Assembly (NCBI RefSeq): GCF_006345805.1
Contig: NC_043019.1
Span: forward strand, 20,397,360-20,461,359
Length of the DNA stretch: 64,000 nucleotides
Reading direction: 5' to 3'
Source of the DNA: Octopus sinensis
Lineage: Eukaryota
Part shown: positions 11,923 through 25,568 of the stretch, one piece after another
Layout of the letters: each line of letters starts with the position of its first letter
How positions within the stretch are numbered: the first letter of the stretch is position 1
Translations under genes and position numbers: made by a program
Notes under the pieces: model-generated
Seen by the model: the letters and a program-made list of their open reading frames with translations, nothing else
Told to the model about the DNA's origin: nothing
The model's database searches: none

Positions 11923-12495
11923 AGGCAGCGAGCTGGCAGAAACGTTAGCGCATGGGGCGAAATGCTTTGCAGTATTTCGTCTGCCACTACATTCTGAGTT
12001 CAAATTCCGCCGAGGTCGACTTTACCTTTCATCCTTTCGGGGTCGATTACGCACTGGGATCGATATAATTGACTTAATCCATTTGTCTGTCCTTGTTTGC
12101 CCTCTCTGTGTTTAGCCCCTTGTGGGTAGTAAAGAAATAGGTATTTCGTCTGTTGTTACGTTCTGAGTTCAAATTCCGCCAAGGTCATCCTTTCGGGGTC
12201 GATTAAATAAGTACCAGTTACACACTGGGGGTCGATATAACCGACTTAATCCGTTTGTCTGTCCTTGTTTGTCCTCTCTGTGTTTAGCCCCTTGTGGGTA
12301 GTAAAGAAATAGGCATTTCGTCTGCCGTTACGTTCTGAATTCAAATTCCGCCGAAGTCGACTTTGCCTTTCATCCTTTAGGGGTCGATAAATAAAGTACC
12401 AGTTTCGCACAGGGGTCGATATAATTGACTTAATCCGTTTGTCTGTCCTTGTTTGCCCTCTCTGTGTTTAGCCCCTTGTGGGCAGTAAAGAAATA
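11923..12495 (+). mobile_element. SINE family A head-to-tail trimer
   Basis: One full unit plus two headless units, joined at AAAGAAATAG|GYATTTCGTC. Confidence 0.85.
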
Positions 12496-12579
12496 TATTT
12501 ATGCAATTTAGTTTCAAACAAGTGCAAATGAGAAGGACCCCTATGTAGTTGCTTGGCCCATTAGAATAGCAGCCAAACT

Positions 12580-12978
12580 ACACACACTACCATCTCTAAC
12601 CAATGACTGCCCCCCACCACCACCACCACCGCCTGTCAACCAGTGTTGGTGTGTTTACATCCTCGTAACTTAGCATTTTAGCAAAAGAGACTGATAGAAT
12701 AAGTACCAGGCTTTACACACACTACCATCTCTAACCAATGACTGGCCCCCCCACCACCACCGCCTGACAACCAGTGTTGGTGTGTTTACATCCTCGTAAC
12801 TTAGCATTTCAGCAAAAGAGACTGATAGAATAAGTACCAGGCTTTACACACACTACCATCTCTAACCAATGACTGGCCCCCCCACCACCACCGCCTGACA
12901 ACCAGTGTTGGTGTGTTTACATCCTTGTAACTTAGCATTTCAGCAAAAGAGACTGATAGAATAAGTACCAGGCTTTAC
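12580..12978. repeat. Three tandem copies of an about 132-bp unit containing SINE B sequence
   Basis: ACACACACTACCATCTCTAACC...GTACCAGGCTTT occurs three times. Confidence 0.9.
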
Positions 12979-13077
12979 AAAACAATAGTAAGTACTGGGG
13001 TCGATTGGTTCATCTTCTTCAAGGCAGTGCCCCAGCATGACCTCAGTCTAATGACTGAGACAAGTTAAAGATAAAAG

Positions 13078-13392
13078 ATAACACTAATTTCAGTAAACCA
13101 GACAGTCAGTTGATAACCTATAAATCTGGAGACCATGCAAGCCAGATTGACTACATTCTCACCAGAAAGCAGGATTTATGGCTGCTCATAAATGCAAAGT
13201 CCTTCCCTGGTGTAGAGCGTACCCCTTAGCATAGGTTACTCATTAGCGACTTCAAATTGCAGGCACAAAGGATTCCAAGACCCAAGCCAGTTTGGAAAAG
13301 AAAGATCTGGAAACTTTAAGATTCTTTGAATAGTCAGAGGTTTAGGGACTTCCTAACTGAAGCATTTGATGAGGAGGAGCTACAGACTTGCA
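13078..13392 (+). mobile_element. RTE-like LINE fragment
   Basis: TYKSGDHASQIDYILTR; parallels 32470-32775. Confidence 0.7.
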
Positions 13393-13849
13393 CAAGGATA
13401 CTGGAAATGCTAGAAACAGTAGCTAAATCTCCCTCAAATTTTGTCCTAATTTCTAAAAAAAAAAAAAAAAAAAAATGAAGAAAATGAGGAACAAATGATT
13501 CTTTGGGGAATGTGGCCCAAGATACATGAAAATATGGGAGGCTGAAAGCCAGATTATCTTTGATCAGGCGATCAATAATCACCTCTATAATTTTGATTGT
13601 CAACCAATCAGAAATGTGATGAAAGAGAAGCAATGTTGAGATAGCATATATGCACGCGCACATACACACACACACAATAATACATGCACATGCACACATT
13701 TACAGGTATACTTGCACACACTCACACACACAAAAACACTCTTGTACAAACGCAGAGGCTGGCTGAATAGATGGACAAGATGGATGGATATATAGATAGA
13801 AAGACAGACAGACAGAAATTGAGACCAATCTTAAGCAGTTGACTTAATG

Positions 13850-15968
13850 AGTCTAACATTTCACTTTTGACAAAATCTTGCTTGTGAAGATCTAATCTTC
13901 CTCTTTATTTTCCAGGTAAATAACGAACTGTTTCGACAACAGAAAGTCATGGAACAACAAAATCATTCTACCATTGTTGCTTTAGAGCATGCTGGGCACA
14001 CTGCCAATAAAATTGCTAAGTTGACGAAACTTCCAAAAGCAACAGTTTATTATGTGTATAAAGAATTTAAAGAAAGGGGGAAAGACTGATAGAAAAGAAC
14101 ACAAAACTTGAAGTTATTCCAAGCGCAATCCAAAGTTTCTCGCTGGCCTCAAATGCTCGACTGAAGCCAACCCATCCACATCTATGACAATTCTTGTAAA
14201 GAAACACAATGTGTCTCTTTCTGTGGTGTCCAGAGCTGTGAACAGGAACCTTGGCATGATTAGCTATGTTCGACAACACCTTTACTTCCAGCTAACAGCC
14301 AAGGCCAAAGTGATCAGAACTGGGAGGTACACAAAGCTTCTGTCATTCCTCAAACAACAAGGTGCAGGAAAAACGAGAAGTTCCCTGTGGACACTGAGGT
14401 GAATCGCAGAAATTCTCAAGGGATTACGTACAACCCTTCTGATGTCCCCACTGTATTTGAGACTAAGAATCCTGCCTCTATGATGGTAATTGGAGCCAGG
14501 GCGAGTTATGGAAGTGTCATGGATCCACACTTCATTGACCCTCGCTTGAAGATCAGCACAAATATCTGATTCATAATATTTGTTCTCATGATTGTGTGGT
14601 GGTGGCGATAATAAAATTCTCTATGAATGCAGACAGACGTACAGAGAGAGAGGGAGGGACGGTGGCAGAAAGAGTGACAGCACTGGTGAAGGCGGCGGAG
14701 GGAAAGATAGTAGTAGCTGTGAACAGGAACCTTGGCATGACTAGCTATATTCAACAACACCTTTACTTCCAGCTAACAGTCCAAGGCCAAAGTGATCAGA
14801 ACTGGGAGGTACCCAAAGCTTCTGTCATTCATCAAGCATCAAGGTCCAGGAAAAACTCTCGTGTTTGTGGACGAGAAGTTCCCTGTGGACACTGAGGTGA
14901 ATCGCAGAAATTCTCAAGTGATTACATACAACCCTTCTGATGTCCCCACTGTGTTTGAGACTAAGAACCCTGCCTCTGTGATAGTATTTGGAGCCATGGT
15001 GAGTTATGGAAGTGTCATGGATCCACACTTCACTGACCCTCGCTTGAAGATCGGTACAAAGGAGTATCTGGACATCCTAAAGAACTATCTGTTACTTTGG
15101 ATGGAGCAGAAGTTTGGGATCTTTTCAGTTTGAACAGCAGTTTTTTCTAGAGGTGTCATATGAAACTGTCACCCATAATTATGACCCTAGAATCAATCTA
15201 TTGCATTTCAATCTATTTTAGGGTTAGGGTTAGGGGTGAGGGGAAGGGTATCTTTTTTCGTTCACAAATGTAAATAAACCCAATCCGTTTCTTAAACGAG
15301 GGACATATTCATACGGCACAGAATGTTTTTTTACCTCAATGGACGTTAGTGATTGGTTGAAATTGCAGAAATTGAAGAAAAAAAACAACAAATATCTTCC
15401 AAACTATAGAATTTTCTCAATAAAGCCAAGAGAAAAAGATGTTTTATAAACACATTCTACCAGTATACGAAGTTTAAAATTTTTTAGTTACCTAGAAATT
15501 ATGTTAAAAACTGCTGTTCAAACCGAAAAGATCCGAAGTTAGGGCTTGATAATGTGGTGTTTATCCAGGATTCTGCACCATGTCATGGGTCAAAAGCAAC
15601 ACAGACCTTCCTTGATGAGAAGGTGCCCTTTTTTTTGTGAAAGCCAACATCTGGCCCAGGTCACAACCTTCTTGATTACTTTTTATGGAGCATACTTCAA
15701 ACAAGGACGAATGCTTCACCACGCATGAGTGTCAATAGTTTGAACACTTGCATTCAACATGCAAAATCAAAAAGGTGGAGCTTGCAGCTGCTACAAAACA
15801 ATTTCATCTTATGGAGGCAGTAATTGCTGAAAAGGGCAGCTGTGATAAATGCTTTTGTTGTAATAAATGTTACATTAAAGTTACATCTGTCTGCTTCCAT
15901 TATTTTAATATTCATAACCAGGTCCAAGAAAGGTAAAAATTGTTTCAACTTATCTACAAGATCCTGTA
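13850..15968 (+). mobile_element. Decayed Tc1/mariner-superfamily element, probably maT (DD37D-like), with an internal duplication and a MITE insertion
   Basis: HTH-like start at 13949 (MEQQNHSTIVAL...IAKLTKLPKATVY), then LVFVDEKF, FIQDSAPCH and WP...NLLDY, with frameshifts. Ends ...CCTG|TA. Segment 14234-14560 is repeated at 14714-15055. The 5' boundary is uncertain. Confidence 0.75.
15117..15534. mobile_element. MITE with 29-bp TIRs, 8-bp target duplication and internal TTAGGG repeats
   Basis: TIR GGATCTTTTC(A/G)GTTTGAACAGCAGTTTTT at both ends; flanks GAAGTTTG and GAAGTTAG. Removing it restores the transposase sequence. Confidence 0.85.
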
Positions 15969-16512
15969 TATATATAATTGAAAACCAAGAGGATATAGGC
16001 GTAGGACTGGCTGTGTGGTAAGTAGCTTGCTAACCAACCACATGGTTCAGGTTCAGTCCCACTACGTGGCACCTTGGGCAAGTGTCTTCTACTATAGCCT
16101 CGGGCCGACCAACGCCTTGTGAGTGGATTTGGTAGACGGAAACTGAAAGAAGCCTGTCGTATATATGTATACATATGTATGTGTGTGTGTTTATGTATGT
16201 TTGTGTGTCTGTGTTTGTCCCCCCAACATCGCTTGACAACCGATGCTGGTGTGTTTACGATCCCATAACTTAGCGGTTCAGCAAAAAAGACCGATAGACT
16301 AAGTACTAGGCTTCCAAAGAATAAGTCCTGGGGTTGAGTTGCTCGACTAAAGGCAGTGCTCCAGCATGGCCAGTCAAATGACTGAAACAAGTAAAAGAGT
16401 AGGAGTGTGGAGATTTATTCAGCTTCTGCCTGTGTACACGAGTGTTTTTTGTATGTGAGTGTATACAAGTGTACCTGTAAATGTGCGCATGGGCATAAGT
16501 GTGTGTGCTATC

Positions 16513-16548
<36 letters not shown>

Positions 16549-17299
16549 AAGAGAGAGAGAGAGGACAGATAGGCAGCTGGCTAACTAGATAGCGAGATAA
16601 ACAAAGAAGCAGGCAGACAGACACACAGCCAGGCAGGCAGACACTTATATATGCACATACATAGGCAAACACATGCAGAGACACACGTTCGCCAAAATGT
16701 TACAATTGATTTGCTTGCTGTCAGGTAACAAGTGAATTGAATTTGTTAGGCCAACGAATGTATTACATAAATCTCAGAGATAAGACTGAGAGGATTAGGG
16801 TCGAATGGAGGCAGGAAGTTGAGCAGATTTAAGAGGCCTAAGTTGCAGCATTTTCAAAGAATACCTTGGTAGTTAATATGCATTACATAAACAGTCATAT
16901 CATCTACAGTACTACCAGAAAATGCTAAATTAAAGAGGAGGGAGGGCTTGTGAAAGGTGAGCATAGTGTAATTAGTAAAGGGAAGATAATGATGAGGTGA
17001 GATGTGATACCAAGTTATGGTGATCAATAAGATACCCCCTTCTCAGCCTCTCTCCATAAGTCGGTCCTCGTCATGCAAACCTATGAACAGTGGTATTTCA
17101 GCTGTGATCATCTATCTCTCTTAAATTTTCAGGCAAAGTGTATCTGGGAATACATCAAACAAAGGCATTTGAATAAGCCAGTCAAAAACCAGGCACAACC
17201 TGTTACTGAGAATGGTGTAGAGAACAGCAACAGATACATAAGGAATATTTGAAGGATCATCTACGAAGCAATTGCCCCAGTTCCCCTTCAGGGTTGGCG

Positions 17300-17740
17300 A
17301 AAGCGATGTGGTGGGCAACGAAAAACCTGGCTGATGACAGTCAAGGCTGATCTGGAACCCAACCTAGGCCCCCATATCTATGGCATTCGCCTCTGGAATA
17401 AGTAGTGGTTGGAGATCACGCGATCATTAGCCTCAAATCGCCAGGCCTGGTCGGTGTTTGTGAGAGATGCAGCATTGAGGATGTTTGAAGCCAGCTCAAC
17501 CCACCCCGGGTGAATGCTGTCTCAAGTCAAGTCAAGTCAACAGCAGCAGAGACTCCATCAAATGATGCGGGGAAAACTAGAAGTAATTGAAAGCATCTGT
17601 TATCTGGGTGACCAAATCAGTAGTGGAAGTGGATGCTTTGAAAGCATAGCTGCTAGAATAAGAATAAGCTGAGTGAGAGCTGATACCTTTGTTGGCAACA
17701 AATGGCCACTCTCTCAGAGTGAAAGGCAGATTGTACAATG
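17300..17740 (+). mobile_element. LINE 3'-end fragments
   Basis: W...V..D and R.AW-type C-terminal motifs ending in a (CAAGT)n tail at about 17523-17539, then an RT-thumb-like LEVIESICYLG segment. Confidence 0.5.
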
Positions 17741-17892
17741 CCAGTCTGCAGGAGTGCCTGTGTGGTAAGTAGCTTGCTTACCAACCACATGGCGATACTG
17801 CTAGTTTTATATATTTATATTGTGAAATTTGAGTTAATCCTAAATCTAATTTTTCCCTATAAGTTTGGAGCCATACTCCCTAATATTATCAT

Positions 17893-17927
<35 letters not shown>

Positions 17928-18178
17928 CTGGCTTCCGTGGCACATAAAATACACCAATCTGACCGTGGCCGTTGCCAGCCCCGCCTGGCACCTGTGCAGG
18001 TGGCACGTAAAAAGCACCCACTACACTCACGGAGTGGTTGGCGTTAGGAAGGGCATCCAGCTGTAGAAACATTGCCAAATTAGACTGGAGCCTGGTGCAG
18101 CCTTCTGGCTTCCCAGATCCCCGGTCGAACCGTCCAACCCATGCTAGCATGGAGAACGGACGTTAAACGACGATGATG

Positions 18179-18210
<32 letters not shown>

Positions 18211-18211
<1 letters not shown>

Positions 18212-18490
18212 GAAAGAATAAGAAGAACATGGAGAAGATAATTAATTAACAAACATCAATTGGATCTATTTACTAATCATAATCATATGCATAAATAAGT
18301 AAACAAAAAAGTAAATAAATGAACAGAAATGAGTAAATAATGTAATATTATTCACTGATTCCTATTAATTCATTTATTTATTTACTTTTTTATTTACATA
18401 TTTATACATATGATTGTGAATAAATCCAATTAATATTTTCAGGCTGATGTTTGTTAATTAATTATCTTCTCCATTTTCTTTTTAGTCTTT
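18211..18490. repeat. AT-rich fold-back element
   Basis: ATGGAGAAGATAATTAATTAACAAACATCA pairs with TGATGTTTGTTAATTAATTATCTTCTCCAT; inner arms are degenerate. Confidence 0.75.
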
Positions 18491-18669
18491 GTCTTATAAA
18501 TTCCGAGAAAATTTCTTTTTCACCCCCAACTCATACCTATTATTCAATTGCACAATTGCCTTACAACAGTAAGCATTTGGATATGAATACATAGGTATAC
18601 ATCCAGTAGTATATTGGATATTTAATATCCCTTAGAGGTTGTTTAACCTCTAACTCATACCAATGTGTG

Positions 18670-18718
<49 letters not shown>

Positions 18719-19954
18719 AATCCAAACATGAAAATGCAAGAGAAAGCAACGTTAGGACGTAGAATAAATAGTGTTATTGGACGCTCAGGAACGGAAAGAG
18801 AAGGAAGAGGATTTCACATTTTGAGCAGAGCTCTTCATCAGTAATTTAGAAAAAGTCCAAAGAAGAGAAGGCGGAGCAAGAAAATCGGCAACGATATACA
18901 CATGGTCACATAAGGCGGTGAGCTGGCAGAAATGTTAGCATGTTGGGCAAAATGCGTAGCCGTATTTCGTCTGCCGTTACGTTCTGAGTTCAAATTCCGC
19001 CAAGGTCGACTTTGCCTTTCATCCTTTCGGGGTCGATTAAATAAGTACCAATTAAGTACTGGGGTCGATATAATCGACTTAATCCGTTTGTTTGTCCTTG
19101 TTTGTCCCCTCCGTGTGTAGCTCCTTGTGGGCAGTAAAGAAATAGATACACACATGGTCACATATTGAAATGACTGGAAGGGAATGGGTGAAGAAAAAGT
19201 TCTTTCAAAGACAGGTGAGTGCAAGAGAAGGAGGAATGTGTGGGTATGTGCATGCGCGCAAGTCTGTGTGTGTGTGTGTGTGTGTGTAATGATAGCACGT
19301 GTATGTGCATGTGTGTGGTTGGACTTAGTGTCATTTAAGGTCATAGGAAGAATTTATAGTAAGAATTTTGGTAGGAATGGCTGTCTATATATATATATAT
19401 ACACATGCATGCATGCATACATACATACATACAAACAAACATACATACGTACGTACGTACAAACACACTTTGTCTTTGTATTTGGTTTGCAAGATTCTTG
19501 ATGTGAATTTGACTGTTGAAACAAATTTCGTAATTTGGAAGGGTCCTTACATCAACAACAACCCACAAATGCATGTGTTATTATCACTGGCATAAGGATT
19601 CTCCCAAGACACAACAAAATATGATACGCTTGGTAAAGGAGGGTGGTTTTTGTTGATATCTGGCCCGGATGAAAAACAAACCCTGTGAAAGGATGGATCA
19701 GTTGAGAGTTAGAGACCACTGGTCTGTGTAAATGTCTCTCTAAGAGAAGAAAATTCTGAAATAACACTTGCCTCAGTGCAGAGCTGGAAATTTTGTACTT
19801 GCTTGCTTCTGGACTACATGACTTTGTCAGTGAGAGTCTTATCTGTGCTGTGCAAGCTGTTACTTTATATTTCAGCCAGGGCACTGCTGACAGCCATTGT
19901 CTTTAACATCTAGGATAATTTGTCAGGGAATATCATACAAATGTATGAAATGAA

Positions 19955-19993
19955 ACATATATATATATGTATATATATATATGTGTGTGTGCA

Positions 19994-20028
<35 letters not shown>

Positions 20029-20332
20029 TATATATACACATACATACATATATACCTATGTATATATATTTATACATACATACATACCTATGTATATATA
20101 TATAAACATACATACATATATGTATATATATATATATAATACATACATACCTATGTATATATATATATATACATACATATGTATATATATAATATATATT
20201 ATATATATATATATAATATATACATACATACATAACTATGTATATATATAATATATATACATACATACATACATATGTATATATATATATACATACATAT
20301 GTATATATATATATATATACATACTATATACC

Positions 20333-20370
<38 letters not shown>

Positions 20371-20380
20371 CATATATACC

Positions 20381-20415
<35 letters not shown>

Positions 20416-20493
20416 CATACATATATACCTATGTATATATATAATATATATTATATATATATACATACATATATACTATGTATATATATATAT

Positions 20494-20524
<31 letters not shown>

Positions 20525-20762
20525 ATATATATATACATACATACCTAGTATATATATATAATATATATATATATATGTATATATAATATATATACATACT
20601 ATATACCTATGTATATATATTTATACATACATACATACCTATGTATATATTTTACATACATACATACCTATGTATATATATATATACATACTACATACCT
20701 ATGTATATATATTATACATACATACATACCTATGTATATATATTTATACATACATACATACA

Positions 20763-20813
<51 letters not shown>

Positions 20814-20861
20814 GTATATATATATAATATATATTATATATATACATACTATATACCTATG

Positions 20862-20894
<33 letters not shown>

Positions 20895-20948
20895 TATATA
20901 TTATATATATATACATACATACATACATAACTATATATATATATATGT

Positions 20949-20979
<31 letters not shown>

Positions 20980-21100
20980 TATATATATACATACTATATA
21001 CCTATGTATATAATATATATACATACATATATACCTATATATATATATATGTATATATATATATACATACATACATACCTATGAATATATATATATATGT
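19955..21100. repeat. About 1.1-kb compound (TA)n/(TACA)n satellite punctuated by ACCTATG
   Basis: Read directly. Similar tracts at 30200-30865 and 43530-44170. Confidence 0.95.
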
Positions 21101-21899
21101 ACCTATTCCTATGTAAATTCACAGATTACATTATACTATGCATGACCACATCTTTCGATCAATGAATGCCTCTCTCCTCACTCTCTCTCTCTCTGTTGGT
21201 ACTTATCAATGCAAATGACATTAATTCATCAGACCTACTGTTCAATATTATTTATTTATGTTATTTACCTCTTTCTTTATATCTATTTATATCATCATCA
21301 TCATCATCGTTTAATGTCCGCTTTCCATGCTAGCATGGGTTGGACGATCTTGACTGAAGGCTGGCGAACCAGGCTCCAGTCTTGATCTGGCAGAGTTTCT
21401 ACAGCTGGATGCCCTTCCTAACTCCAACCACTCCGAGAGTGTAGTGGGTGCTTTTTACATGCCACCGGCATGGGGGCCAGTCAGGTGGTACTGGCAATGA
21501 CTTCGCTCGAATCTTTATACATATGCCACCTGCACAGGTGCCAGTAAGGTGATGCTGGTAACGATCCCGCTCGAATGGTGCCCTTTTACGTGCCACCGGC
21601 ACGGAAGCCAGCTGGCCGCTCTGGCAACGATCACGCTCAGATGGTGCTCTTAGCACCCTACTGGCATGGAGCACAAGTGTTGTATTCTATTATTTATATG
21701 TTGTATTCAAGAACAGGCATGGCTGTGAACACACACGTATGGTTAAGAATTTTGTTTCACATCAAACATGAGTTTCTGGTTTGATCCACAGCTAAGGCAC
21801 CTTCAGCATGTTTTCTACAATAAGCTTAGTTAACTGATGCCTTGGAAATGAAATTTCTTTTCTGAGCCTCACTTAGAATTTTTGTTAACAATACATTCT

Positions 21900-23252
21900 T
21901 TCTAGAATTTTTTTTGTTTCGCTATACAATGTGAGCTTTTATGTCCGATTTTTCCATGCTCAAAACATTTACAATTTTTAAAAGGTCAATTACTCCTTCA
22001 ATGTAAACCTCTGCACCTATAGCATGAATTTGGTGTTGATGTTCATTTTCCCTTTTTCTTATCCATTTCAGGTTGACATGCATGTATCTGAGAGCAATCT
22101 TTTTCTTCAATTTTATCTACATCATGTCTTAAATTTATAATCTTCTGGTATTCTTCAGCCACTGCCTGTAGAGTTAATTTTTGGTCCTATTCTAATTTTG
22201 TTAATATATAGGAACGTATGTCGGCATCTTTTCTTGCAGTTAACCCAAAAATTAGACATTTAAACAAATCTGGGGCTAATTCGTTTAATTTGAATTTTTC
22301 ACACTCTCTGTTAATGACCCCAGCATAGGTGATGAAATCTTCATCATCTTTTTTAACTAAATTTAAACATTACAAACAAGTACTGAACAGGGACCTTCTT
22401 TCACTGAAAATTCTCGATAATAAATTAACAGTTTCATCAAAACAAATCGCACCTGATTTCTTCATCAGAATATAATTACAGTAATTCTTGTATTCAGCAG
22501 GGGATAACTTTCCTAAAAGTAGTCGCACCATTATTGTCATTCCAAATTTTTACATTCTTCTTTGAAGATTTCTTTGTATAATATACAGGAAAAGTAGAAC
22601 TTTCTTCTAGGTTATAAATAAATTCTCCAATTGAGTTTGCTACGCTGTCTGACAATATCGAGCCCGAAATATTTTCAAACTTCTTCAACATTACTTCCAG
22701 TAACTGTTGGTATTGTTGTTGTTGCTGTTGTAGTGGTAACTGTTGTTGTTGCTCCTGCAACTTCACCATGCATGCCAATAAATCTTCCACGTTAATGATT
22801 TTTTTCTTTGATCTTGTACCAAAACAAAATTTTAATGTCCAATGCAAGTTTCAAATATCTCGTCACCACTTTTATATCCTTGACAAACACTGAATATATA
22901 ATTTAACGATGTGGAGATAAGATCAATGTGTTTACATGTATTTTGTGAGACTCCAAACGCTCTCTCAATGACTCCTACCAACCTCTCGCCTCAACCAATA
23001 CTCTACTCTTTATAAGAGTTTGGCTGGTCCATTCTTCCAATCCTATAGGGGGTATCAATGGCTCTTGCCACAATAGTCAATTCAAATAAACAAATAAAAT
23101 TAAGACAAGAAGACATGCGCAAGGGATGTACCAACTTGATGCTCAGTGAGAAAAGAGAGTTTGACATTTCGAGCATAGCTCTTAGTTGGAAAGGAGAAAG
23201 GGAAAAGTCCAAAGAAGGAAAAGAAATCACCAACAGCACATATGCAGTTACA
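21900..23252 (-). mobile_element. Gypsy-type LTR retrotransposon remnant (LTR, primer-binding site, decayed gag)
   Basis: PBS-like TGGTGACGAG at 22868-22859, followed by gag-like QQQQ...DSVANSIGEFIY...TF..YY (ORF 22494..22847) and further KCLIFG..A..DADIR-like sequence with stops. A putative LTR starts TGTAAC near 23252. Confidence 0.65.
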
Positions 23253-23741
23253 CTGCTGAAGTTATATATATATTATTTATGCAGTATCAAGACAGTTTAA
23301 GTATATATAAACTAAATTTGACTGAAATTGATGGATGAGCATTTGGTCATCAGATTCGCAAGAAACCATGAAAGCATCAATTTGTGAGTTCGATTCAGCC
23401 TGAGGTTAGCTCATCATTTTTCGGTCATTTGTTTATATTTAAAAATTGTCACTTCAAATCGGAGAATAAATATCATTATGATATATATTATATACTATGA
23501 GCCTTCCATAGTAGCTTTCTCTCCGTAACTTGCAAAGCCTTTCGGGTTTGTTTATAAAAATATTATTTATGTAATATCAAGTGAAATTAATGGGTGAGTG
23601 TTTAGCCAATCAGATTTTCAAGGAGCCATGAAAGCGTCGATTTGTGAGTTTGATTCAGCCTGAGCTCATCATTTTTCAGTTATTTGTTTATATTTAAAAA
23701 TTGTCACTTCAAATCAGAGAATAAATATCATTATATGTATG

Positions 23742-23778
<37 letters not shown>

Positions 23779-24065
23779 ATGTAGACATAAGTATATGTAT
23801 ATATGTATGTAGATTATATATATATACATGTGTGTGTATACACACACACACACTCACATACATATATATATATATATATACTTATACACACAGACACATG
23901 TTTGGTGCTGCAAACATGAAAAGAAGAACTTTTTCTGTAATATATTAGTAAATATTTTTACTAATATATTACAGAAGCAACAAAGTGACTCTAGGGCCGA
24001 AAGTTTTATGTATTAGCACTTTTCAAACTAGAGTGCACAAAACTTTGCTCCTTCTGCTATATCTG

Positions 24066-24402
24066 AGACCCCCCCTTTGGTCACGACACAAACCATGGGA
24101 TTGCACCTAGAAAGTTACCCGCCCAGGCACAAGTCCGGGCAAGGCTGTTTATGGAAGACCAGCAGTCGCCCATGCATACTAGCCTCCCCTCACCATGCCA
24201 CCAGTGTTATCCAAGGGAAAGGCAACAGCAGATACAGCTTGGCACCAGTGACATCGCAACTCATTTTTACAGCTGAGTGAACTGGAACAACTTGAAATAA
24301 AGTGTCTTGCTCAAGAACACAACACGCAGCCCAGTCCGGGATTCGAGCTCACAACCTCACGATTGTAAGCTCGACACTCTAACCACTGAGCCATGCGCCT
24401 TC
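24066..24402 (-). mobile_element. tRNA-derived SINE, family D
   Basis: Head GGCGCATGGCTCAGTGGTTAGAG...GAGCTCGAATCCCGG, then TTCTTGAGCAAGACACT. Confidence 0.7.
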
Positions 24403-24417
24403 ACTTCTGCTATATTA

Positions 24418-24481
<64 letters not shown>

Positions 24482-25537
24482 ACAGCTATATAGATCTATA
24501 CATACTATATATATATTTATGTGCATGTGTGTGTGTATGCATGCATGAATGTATGCATATGAGGAGTCTGCCCACACCTTAGGTCAATATTGAAAACAAA
24601 AAAAAGACGAAAATAAGAACGGAAAAGAAAAGGAAACTAAATTAGATTAATAGAATCATTAGTGCTTATTATTCTATTAATAAACATTTCAATGATCTAC
24701 AAATTTCCATGCTTTGTCTCAGAAAGCCAAAAATAGAATGCTTTCAATTTCTTTTCATCTTTCACTGTCTGTCATTCCATTCACCACAACTGATTCACAA
24801 TGACATAGAAATGTCACTGCAAGATAGTAAGAGTTGAGACAGTAAGAAATGAGAAATATCACACAGTATTATACCTATAGGTGTCGGAGTGGCTGTGTGG
24901 TACGTAGCTTGCTTACCAACCACATGGTTCCGGGTTCAGTCCCACTGGCTGAAACAGATCTTGGGAGGGTCGTTTTGCCAATAATACACACACTATGATT
25001 ATTCATCAACAAGTTACACAATTAAGTAACTGATTGTTTGATTAAATATTTGATAAATAAGTCAATCATCTGGCCTGTCGTGGTTCCTTCATTGCCATTT
25101 GTAACTTCATAAACAACATAGCCTCATTACTCCAGATCTGTCTCCAGGAGATTGATATTATCATATAGCATCGTATCTGGAATATTACTGAGACAATGGA
25201 AGATGAATATTACCTCACTCTCTCTCACTCACACACACACACACAAACACAAACACGGATGAGGCTCACATATATAATTCTAATGAGCTGAAAATCTCTA
25301 AGGGTAAACTAAGATTATCCTTGCAATTAAGAGACAACAAACTCCCTATCAGGAGATTTTAAACACACTCTGGAGGAAGTTTCTGTGTTCTAATTGTAAG
25401 AATAACCCCAGTTAATCGAAGCTTTTCAACTCACTATATTATAGTATGGGAAATGAAGCTGCTTGGTTGTGTTGTCACCAATACACAGAACGCTCATCTC
25501 AATTATCCTCCACTTAATTTATGTATAAGTGTGTGAA

Positions 25538-25568
<31 letters not shown>

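Noticed and set aside
15216-15243. TTAGGG repeats as a telomere or chromosome-fusion scar
   Set aside because: Only about three units, and they lie inside a TIR-bounded MITE.
19552-19900. 110-aa minus-strand ORF as an extra PLCL exon or an RT remnant
   Set aside because: PLCL exons 1 and 2 already join with no gap relative to homologues, and any RT resemblance is too faint to support.
19910-21084. Many overlapping YIYI/ICIY ORFs (also 30085-30793 and 43594-44311)
   Set aside because: They are translations of (TA)n/(TACA)n satellites, which lack stop codons by composition.
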